Virus record (IMG/VR): IMGVR_UViG_3300044724_007653
Coordinates: 1 to 53,743 of that record
From: a virus
Taxonomy: Duplodnaviria; Caudoviricetes
Direction: 5' to 3' (one strand)
Length of the DNA: 53,743 bases
Below, one piece after another: positions 47,747 through 53,743 of this stretch; position 1 is the first letter of the stretch; every line of letters begins with the position of its first letter. The position numbers and the translations under genes are program-made. The notes below the pieces were generated by a model. It ran no database searches and was not told the origin of the DNA. It was given only the letters and a program-made list of their open reading frames with translations.

Positions 47747-47775
47747 ATTATACCAAAAAATAGCAGGAGTGTCAA
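47747..47775 (-). promoter_or_regulatory. sigma70-type promoter embedded in an RBS-sequestering hairpin
   Basis: AAAAATAATTC-TTGACA-17 nt-TATAAT. The spacer is complementary to the downstream leader. Confidence 0.88.
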
Positions 47776-47784
47776 GAATTATTT

Positions 47785-49137
47785 TTAGATGTCGTTTATT
47801 TCTTCGCCAGTCTTATGCTCATTTTCTTCTTTTTCATCTGGCGTGAGTGCTGATTCTGGCCCTATTTTTAGAGTTTCCCAATTCATTGTAGAAGTAAATG
47901 TTCCCATTTTACCACTTCTCATTTTAGTACAATTAAATGTCATAATAGCATCTTCAGTTCTCCACGTATCAATCGTGAAAGCTGCGTCTGCCGCATCGAG
48001 AATACCCTTGGCGAAGCGAGCTTCTCCAGTAGCATCTATCTGATAAGGACTATAAACCGGCACTTCATACTCCTGGGCCATTGATTTCAGTGCTTTACTT
48101 ACTTCTATCTGCTCAGTCCAGTCATACTGACCTGCGCGTGACGGAAGATTAGAACGCTTGACTTGATTGATATAATCAACAATAATTACACCAACATCCA
48201 TCGCACTTTTGACTTTCTTATCCAGCTCGGCTCGAATTTTTGAAAGAGTCAGCGACGCATCGTAGACAACATCTAACTGCTGAGTCGGGAGAAGCTCACA
48301 GTTAGTCTTTAGATCGTAGTGTAGGCGATCAAAGTCTCGATGATCGTGATACTCTTTCAGTTTTTCGTCGGCATCCACAAAACGGTTTGCCCACCAAGCT
48401 GCGACAAGTCCCCACTCCGTAACACTCAGATTACGTTTGCGAATACGCTCGTGAGGAACTCCAGTCGCAATGGAACAGCATCTTTGTAGAATTTCTCGAC
48501 TATCCATCTCGATTGTGAAATAGATAGCAGACTTTCCACTTTCATACACTGTATTTGCAATGTTACAGCAAGTAATAGATTTCCCTGACCCTCGGCGACC
48601 CCCGACAAGAATCAAGTCTCGGGGAGAAAACTTGAATTCTTCGTCGAATGCGGAGTTCATACCGAGGGGCAGGTACTTTTCCAATTCCTCTTCTGCAGGA
48701 AACAGGGAAATACGTTGCATACTTTCCTGGGGCTGCTCTAGCTCTACTTTTTCTTCTATATCTAGAACAATCTGGTGCAGATGAGATACTGACTCTTCCG
48801 CATCTTCAAAAGATATGGAATGGTCAATATATTTCTCAAGAGAATAGAGTATCTCTTTTTGAGTGTACTCATTCTTGAGATATTGAAGCAGCATAGAAGG
48901 TTCTGCTTCAACTTCAAGTGCTTCAATAGCAAGAAGTTTTTCTTGCGTAGCACTATCCCGAATCTCAAACTTTAGATCCTCAAATGTAGGAACAGTATGA
49001 TACTTCTGGGAGTGTCCATCAATAATACTAAAGATGGTATGGTACTCGTTAGGTAAATAATGCTTACGCAGATAACTCCAGGTATCAGAATCCTGAAGCA
49101 CAATAATCTGTTTGATTAATGCAGAAGCAATATTCAA
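47785..49137 (-). CDS. DnaB-like replicative helicase (T5 D6-like)
   Basis: Walker A GGRRGSGKS, FTIEM, IVDYIN, ARFAKGILDAAD, KMR motifs; TTG start. Confidence 0.9.
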   Translation of the reverse strand: MNIASALIKQIIVLQDSDTWSYLRKHYLPNEYHTIFSIIDGHSQKYHTVPTFEDLKFEIRDSATQEKLLAIEALEVEAEPSMLLQYLKNEYTQKEILYSLEKYIDHSISFEDAEESVSHLHQIVLDIEEKVELEQPQESMQRISLFPAEEELEKYLPLGMNSAFDEEFKFSPRDLILVGGRRGSGKSITCCNIANTVYESGKSAIYFTIEMDSREILQRCCSIATGVPHERIRKRNLSVTEWGLVAAWWANRFVDADEKLKEYHDHRDFDRLHYDLKTNCELLPTQQLDVVYDASLTLSKIRAELDKKVKSAMDVGVIIVDYINQVKRSNLPSRAGQYDWTEQIEVSKALKSMAQEYEVPVYSPYQIDATGEARFAKGILDAADAAFTIDTWRTEDAIMTFNCTKMRSGKMGTFTSTMNWETLKIGPESALTPDEKEENEHKTGEEINDI

Positions 49138-49156
49138 TTAAGTTCCCCGAGTACAC

Positions 49157-49191
49157 AAAAAAGCAACCGCAACGCACCCGCTACGGTTGCT
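49157..49191 (-). terminator. intrinsic terminator after D5
   Basis: 13-bp stem AGCAACCGTAGCG/CGTTGCGGTTGCT (two G-U pairs) followed by a U-run on the - strand. Confidence 0.85.
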
Positions 49192-49206
49192 CAAAAGAAA
49201 GTCTAC

Positions 49207-49932
49207 TTAACCAGCAGCCTTTTCTTTCTTTGAAGCGCCGTCATAGTCAGCGGCTGAAAGGCCACGACGAGTCAGCATAGTCTTGACACCGCGAGCAGTC
49301 TTGCCGATTGCTTCCGCGATCTCTTCAACAGTCATTCCAGACACATCACCGAGGTCTGCCAAAGGATCTTCCTTGGCTCCGCCCTTGGTGTGCTCTTGAC
49401 GAGGAATAGCGTCGATTTCACCTGAACGAAGCAGGCTAAGAGCCTTACCGCGCACAGAGTTTACAGAGCGATCAAGAGCTTCTGCAATAGCTTCAACGAA
49501 CGCACCGTCATTTACCATAGAGATAAACTTAGACTCCTCTTCGGGAGAGTAGGTACGAACAGTCTCAACCTTGGGAGCAGGCTTGACATGATCGGTCAAT
49601 TCCATAGACAAAATCTTGCCTTGGATAGACTTAGCGGAGAAAGCTCCGCCTTCAAAATGCTCAGCAATTTGAGCATAGGTGTACTCACCACTGTTGTCAG
49701 AGACAAAAGCAGCAAGAGTTGCTTCTTGATCTGCGCTAAAAGCGCGGTTTGATCGAGAAGAAGCCAGTTCTACTTCAAAGCCCATTTTACGGAGCTTGCT
49801 AGAAACAGAACGGGTAGAAGTGCCAAGCTCATCTGCTGCTTCTGCAACAGTGTCTTGGGAGACAGGACTTTCGCCGCCTACGAAAGCTGTCAGTTGAGCG
49901 GTACGCTCATCAGTCCACTTAGGAAGTGCCAT
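49207..49932 (-). CDS. DNA-binding transcription regulator (T5 D5-like)
   Basis: Repeated HTH-like units (RSVSSKLRKMG, KSIQGKILS, NSVRGKALS, RGVKTMLTRRG); lies between ligase B and helicase as in T5. Confidence 0.85.
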   Translation of the reverse strand: MALPKWTDERTAQLTAFVGGESPVSQDTVAEAADELGTSTRSVSSKLRKMGFEVELASSRSNRAFSADQEATLAAFVSDNSGEYTYAQIAEHFEGGAFSAKSIQGKILSMELTDHVKPAPKVETVRTYSPEEESKFISMVNDGAFVEAIAEALDRSVNSVRGKALSLLRSGEIDAIPRQEHTKGGAKEDPLADLGDVSGMTVEEIAEAIGKTARGVKTMLTRRGLSAADYDGASKKEKAAG

Positions 49933-49933
49933 A

Positions 49934-50692
49934 TTAGTGTTCTCCTAGAAATTCACTTAAATTAGTTACAATATTTACGCCAGAATCTCTGGCCTGTTTA
50001 GTTTTTGCGGATTCTATACCACTTTCATTTACAAGAATCGTTACGTCTTTAGTCAAACTAGACTTTACTTCATAGCCCAGGCTTGACAAAGTTTCAGTCG
50101 CATCAGCTTTTGTTTTGAAACTCTTCAATCGTCCACTAATACAAACTACTCCTTTTCTCTCTACTTTCTGTTCGGTAACGAACTTAAAGTCAAACGGCAA
50201 ACATCCGTCGTAAAAAGCATAAAAATCTTTTGAGAGCCAAGACATAAGATTCTCGGTAGCTTTTGGGCCTAATCCGGCACGCTTACAAGTGTCTGCGTTA
50301 ATTTCAGTAATATTTTCAACAGTCTCAGACAGCTTCTTCGTTGCCGTGTTTCCGATTAATGGAATACCAAAAGCGGGCAATACTAAATTAAGAGGAGCAG
50401 ACTTAGAGTTATCTATCTCCTTTTTTAATTTGATTGCAATTTTTTCTGAGTTAAGTGCAGACGTAATATAATCTACATCAAGCTCATATAACTGGTCGAA
50501 ATCTTGAATATCAAGTTTTTCGATAGCCGCAGGGCCTAAGCCCTTAATTTTCAGAGTTTTAGCAAAATGCTCGATTTTCTTTTGCTTTTGAGCACCGCAA
50601 ACGGTGCTCTTGCAGTAGAGAAGTTGATTTATCCACCGAAGACTAGACCCACAGGATGGGCAATCTGATGGAGGCACAATCTCACGCAGCAT
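49934..50692 (-). CDS. ligB: NAD-dependent DNA ligase subunit B (Zn finger, HhH, BRCT)
   Basis: CPSC...C....C, IKGLG, GIPLIG, BRCT VCISG...SAKTKQA. Confidence 0.9.
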   Translation of the reverse strand: MLREIVPPSDCPSCGSSLRWINQLLYCKSTVCGAQKQKKIEHFAKTLKIKGLGPAAIEKLDIQDFDQLYELDVDYITSALNSEKIAIKLKKEIDNSKSAPLNLVLPAFGIPLIGNTATKKLSETVENITEINADTCKRAGLGPKATENLMSWLSKDFYAFYDGCLPFDFKFVTEQKVERKGVVCISGRLKSFKTKADATETLSSLGYEVKSSLTKDVTILVNESGIESAKTKQARDSGVNIVTNLSEFLGEH

Positions 50693-50718
50693 TTAGTTTC
50701 TCCGAAAAAGTAAAATAT

Positions 50719-50747
50719 ATTATACGAAAAGTTGAGGTAAAAGTCAA
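50719..50747 (-). promoter_or_regulatory. sigma70-type promoter (early strand) between ligase halves
   Basis: AAAAATAATTC-TTGACT-17 nt-TATAAT; the -35 box overlaps the ligA stop codon. Confidence 0.8.
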
Positions 50748-51691
50748 GAATTATTTTTCTTTTGGTCTACACGTCGTAAAATTCGAGGTATAATTTCCCC
50801 ACTTCGAATAACCTCTACAGTACAGCCTATTTCTAGCTCCAGGCTGCGAATGTACTCGATGTTGTGTAAAGTAGCCCTGCTCACAATGGCTCCTTCCACT
50901 TCGACTGGACTAAGAATGGCTACCGGGCTGACTACACCCGATTTACCAACTTGCCACACAACATCGAGTAATTCTGTATGTACACCCTCTTTCTGCTCTT
51001 TGAGAGCGAAAGCACCGCGAGGATGGTGAGCTGTATATCCCATCTTATTAAAGGCTTTTATATCATTAATACGATATACCCAACCATCCGTAGGATAGTT
51101 ACTAGCATCGAAGGTATTAACAGTATTAAACCCTTGATCGGCTAATGCTTTTAATATAGTAGAGTACTGATCGTAGCCAAGACCAGACTTATGGATGTCA
51201 TATGCAACAAAAACAAGATTCTCAGCGCGAGCCTTGAACTCTTTGATGTCTTTGAGGTTTAATGACCCCGAAGCTACATTTCTAGCATTAGTAACATTCG
51301 AAGGGCAAACTATCTCACCTGTAATCTGAACCTCCCCCCGTAGAGAGATAGTTGGAGGTACAAGTAAAGCAAGTTTGTCGGTAATATCTCGGCCAAGATT
51401 ACCGTCCCCTCTAGTTAATCCAAGAGCAAACTGTTTATTTACATAAAGTAAAGATACAGCGGCTCCGTCTAACTTGGGAGTCTTAATATAGCCAGATATA
51501 TTTCCAGCTTCAGTTATGTCGAAATATTTTTGAAGTGAGTACATACGATACAAGTGAGGCACCCCGTCTGTAACAACGTGCCCAACCTGATTGTAAGAAT
51601 ACTTTGCAGCAAGACTATCAAACTCAGCGTCCGAAATAATCGGACAACCAGAGTAGTAAGCTAGACTCGCCTTTTCAAGAAAATCACGCAT
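50744..51691 (-). CDS. ligA: NAD-dependent DNA ligase subunit A (adenylation plus OB domain)
   Basis: YY.G...ISD.EFD, KLDG, TRGDG, DG.V, RATLHN, RSGEIIP motifs. ATG 51691 follows GGGAGA. Confidence 0.93.
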   Translation of the reverse strand: MRDFLEKASLAYYSGCPIISDAEFDSLAAKYSYNQVGHVVTDGVPHLYRMYSLQKYFDITEAGNISGYIKTPKLDGAAVSLLYVNKQFALGLTRGDGNLGRDITDKLALLVPPTISLRGEVQITGEIVCPSNVTNARNVASGSLNLKDIKEFKARAENLVFVAYDIHKSGLGYDQYSTILKALADQGFNTVNTFDASNYPTDGWVYRINDIKAFNKMGYTAHHPRGAFALKEQKEGVHTELLDVVWQVGKSGVVSPVAILSPVEVEGAIVSRATLHNIEYIRSLELEIGCTVEVIRSGEIIPRILRRVDQKKNNS

Positions 51692-51715
51692 AGTATCTCC
51701 CAAATTTGAAAAGAT

Positions 51716-51744
51716 ATTATACTAAAAGTTTAGGAAAAAGTCAA
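51716..51744 (-). promoter_or_regulatory. sigma70-type promoter (early strand)
   Basis: AAAATAGTTC-TTGACT-17 nt-TATAAT. Confidence 0.8.
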
Positions 51745-51747
51745 GAA

Positions 51748-52050
51748 CTATTTTAAGTAAAGGTTATTTATCAAGTCCTGGAACTGCTCCTCAATAATTT
51801 CTTTACTTTCAGCCAGAGAAAGTATCTCTGTGAGCCCTACGAATAGCTCTCTTGAATTGTGAAAATCTAGAGGCATTGCTACACCGTCAGAGGAAGGTCT
51901 CCAATCTTCATCAAAATCTAAGTAATACTTTCGAAGATGTAAATACTCTGTTCCTCGAAAAGAATTTACACTTAGCCTTATTTGTATTTGGTGCTCTTCA
52001 TTGTAGTGTATTACTCGCTCATATACTGGAGGAGATTCATGTAGTTCCAT
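51748..52050 (-). CDS. PC4/p15-like ssDNA-binding protein
   Basis: RLSVNSFRGTEYLHLRKYY....W.P...GV.M pattern of the PC4 fold. Confidence 0.8.
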   Translation of the reverse strand: MELHESPPVYERVIHYNEEHQIQIRLSVNSFRGTEYLHLRKYYLDFDEDWRPSSDGVAMPLDFHNSRELFVGLTEILSLAESKEIIEEQFQDLINNLYLK

Positions 52051-52052
52051 AA

Positions 52053-52319
52053 CTAGCCCTCGTTCTGTAAAACCGAAGACAATGGTACTACACTAGTCAC
52101 ATTCGCAGGTTTTAATAAGCGATAGGAGTCCGTGTCCCAACAAAATAATAACAGTGTTTCGTTAGACTCTTTTGCTCTATTTTTCTTCTCTCGTATATAT
52201 GGTGTGGAAAAATCCAGGGTACATACATTATACTTTAACTTATTCGAGTTCTCACTACGATAAGTAATGATTGCGTCACCATACTCATTTACAATGTCTG
52301 CTAGTTCTTCTTTTTTCAC
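52053..52319 (-). CDS. conserved hypothetical protein (T5-like)
   Basis: GTG start with AAGGAG; YNVCTLDF...YI, FCWDTDSYR motifs. Confidence 0.75.
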   Translation of the reverse strand: MKKEELADIVNEYGDAIITYRSENSNKLKYNVCTLDFSTPYIREKKNRAKESNETLLLFCWDTDSYRLLKPANVTSVVPLSSVLQNEG

Positions 52320-52391
52320 AAATACTCCTTAGGTAGCAGGTCAGTAAAATTTTTTACTTTGCCGAACTCTAAGGTTCTTTCTTTAGATAGC

Positions 52392-52421
52392 AGAAAACCA
52401 CTCCCCCGAAAGGAAGTGGTT
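52392..52421 (-). terminator. UUCG-capped hairpin after D3 (probable leaky terminator)
   Basis: AACCACTTCCT-TTCG-GGGGAGTGGTT followed by a short TTCT tail. Confidence 0.65.
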
Positions 52422-52436
52422 ATAGTAAAAACTTTT

Positions 52437-52880
52437 TTAGTTAGCGGTTACGTTACCGATAACACCAGCAAAGTATTGAGCTGCTTTGCCTGTCAGCTTT
52501 GAAATAACATCTTCGTCAACTTCTTGACCAGCATCAGTCAAGGCGGCAACCAGAGCGTCTTGAGCAGCTTGCTTGGATACACGCCCGCCTCCAGTGCTAC
52601 CGGAGGGCTTAGTCCCACCAGTAGCGGGGCTCTTTTTTACATATACACCTGCTTTGGTAAGAATCATGCGAACACCGTTAGGTGACTCTTCTAGTTCTTC
52701 TGCGATTGACTTAACAATCTCCATGCTCGTTTCGGGGGTAGGATCTTGCTCTTCATACATTGCTACTGCTTGAGCTTTCTTATCGTCGTCCCATGCCATT
52801 CTACGTTTCCTCTTTTTGTTAGTTGAACCTGGACAAACGCCCAGACGGTTAAGTTGTTGCATATAAAATCGGTCAGACAT
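52437..52880 (-). CDS. DNA-binding protein (T5 D3-like); alternative start at 52799
   Basis: MAW.D...SPNGVRMILTKAGVYVKK...KLTGKAA motifs; two ATGs, each preceded by GAGGAAA. Confidence 0.8.
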   Translation of the reverse strand: MSDRFYMQQLNRLGVCPGSTNKKRKRRMAWDDDKKAQAVAMYEEQDPTPETSMEIVKSIAEELEESPNGVRMILTKAGVYVKKSPATGGTKPSGSTGGGRVSKQAAQDALVAALTDAGQEVDEDVISKLTGKAAQYFAGVIGNVTAN

Positions 52881-52904
52881 AGCTTTCCTCAATTTTGAAA
52901 ATAT

Positions 52905-52934
52905 ATTATACTTCAAAACAAAGCAAAATGTCAA
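52905..52934 (-). promoter_or_regulatory. sigma70-type promoter (early strand)
   Basis: AAAAATAGTTC-TTGACA-18 nt-TATAAT. Confidence 0.8.
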
Positions 52935-52943
52935 GAACTATTT

Positions 52944-53654
52944 TTATAAACGTGAGAAGTCAACTCCATATTTTTCTAAATGTCGTAAACTTCCCAGATC
53001 GTATGCAAGAGCAATTGCTTTGAAACCGCCTGTTTCGATACCTGATACCCAGAATTCTTTATCTTGGTCTATATCTTCTCGAATCCAAATGGAATAGCAC
53101 TTAGCTCCATACTTTTTTTCATAATTTGTATCTTTAAATCCTGGACGCTCTGCTTGATAGTCTACGGATATTTCGTACTCAATTTCTGCAGGGGCATGAT
53201 GACGCGCCGACCAAACAATTTCACCTGGAGCAAACTCTTCGGCTACGCACTCTTCTGGCAAGTACCCTACAGTAGACCGTTCTTCTTTAGATACGCCTCG
53301 ACTAGGGATACCGACTCTTTCCACAATGGATTTGACGAATCCGGAAGATCGATATAAAGATTTTGCGATTGTTGCAATTGAATCCCCTGATAAGTAATCT
53401 CGAATGACTTCTGCGATTTCTTGTGGAGTTGCTCCCTTACCTCTATTTTGAGATTTTCGTAGTTGTACATAAGCGGTTCTCTCGTCAAAATCCTCTATTA
53501 TTTTAGATAGTCTCGCCGTATTGTACGAAATGTTCAATATCGAACAAGCGTCTTTTTTTGTTATTGGCTTCGACCCGTCTGTAGGGTTCAGTAAACTTTT
53601 TACTTTCTGAATGTTCTCCGCTGACAGATTCTCGTAGTCCCTCTTCTTTACCAT
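52944..53654 (-). CDS. T5 D2-like HTH protein
   Basis: TKK.AC.ILNI.YNT.RL, YLSGDSIA.IAK.LYRS motifs; upstream of D3. Confidence 0.75.
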   Translation of the reverse strand: MVKKRDYENLSAENIQKVKSLLNPTDGSKPITKKDACSILNISYNTARLSKIIEDFDERTAYVQLRKSQNRGKGATPQEIAEVIRDYLSGDSIATIAKSLYRSSGFVKSIVERVGIPSRGVSKEERSTVGYLPEECVAEEFAPGEIVWSARHHAPAEIEYEISVDYQAERPGFKDTNYEKKYGAKCYSIWIREDIDQDKEFWVSGIETGGFKAIALAYDLGSLRHLEKYGVDFSRL

Positions 53655-53742
53655 TCTCTAGTCTCTCAATTTCTCTGTTTAGATACCATACTGCTTTTTT
53701 TAAATCTTCAACTTCATTCTGTTTAAGTCCTGCTCTCCATAT
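53503..53742 (-). CDS. DUF3310-like protein, 5'-truncated
   Basis: IWRAGLK...EDLKKAVWYLNREI motif read from the window end; the frame runs to TAA at 53503. Confidence 0.7.
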   Translation of the reverse strand: MWRAGLKQNEVEDLKKAVWYLNREIERLENGKEEGLRESVSGEHSESKKFTEPYRRVEANNKKRRLFDIEHFVQYGETI

Positions 53743-53743
53743 A

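Noticed and set aside
50693-50743. Intron or intein splitting the ligase
   Set aside because: The gap is 51 nt and holds a promoter and an RBS; no splicing motifs; a split ligase is known in T5.
50693-50760. Spacer/RBS hairpin at the ligB promoter
   Set aside because: Only short, bulged pairing is possible, so it is not counted with the other hairpin promoters.
52881-52934. TTG start at 52934 for the D3 ORF as given in the track
   Set aside because: That TTG is the -35 box of the promoter; the RBS-supported starts are 52880 and 52799.
1-53743. Alternative genetic code, tRNAs, integrase/prophage or anti-defence island
   Set aside because: Core genes are intact under the standard code and all three stop codons are used. 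No cloverleaf, recombinase or host flank was seen by eye, and intergenic space is minimal.

Overview
This 53.7 kb window is a fragment of a lytic T5-like (Demerecviridae-like) siphophage genome, probably aquatic or marine (inferred from phoH, a compact class Ia RNR and marine-phage-type fibre modules). The + strand (1-33152) carries the late genes: a fibre fragment and chaperone, a cluster of very basic small proteins and small membrane proteins, TerL, an HNH nicking endonuclease, portal, and a single ORF fusing prohead protease and major capsid protein. It continues with T5-like neck and tail-tube genes, frameshifted tail chaperones, a tape measure protein, a lambda-like M-L-K-I-J tail tip with a 2691-aa J protein, and a chain of fibre/adaptor genes. 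The - strand (33161-53743) carries the T5-syntenic replication block: D2, D3, split NAD+ ligase, D5, DnaB-type helicase, primase, family A polymerase, PhoH, D10, D11, D12/D13, D14, D15, nrdA, glutaredoxin and nrdB. The most notable observations are: (1) promoters whose spacer base-pairs with the downstream ribosome-binding site, one also terminator-like; (2) two sequence classes of near-consensus sigma70 promoters that track early versus late strand; (3) a coupled cluster of protamine-like microproteins plus an EF-hand membrane protein where TerS is expected; (4) the protease-capsid fusion with an internal start; (5) a possible peptide-socket daisy chain of fibre proteins. All family assignments come from motif and synteny recognition by eye; no database searches were run. 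No tRNA, CRISPR array, integrase or transposon was seen.
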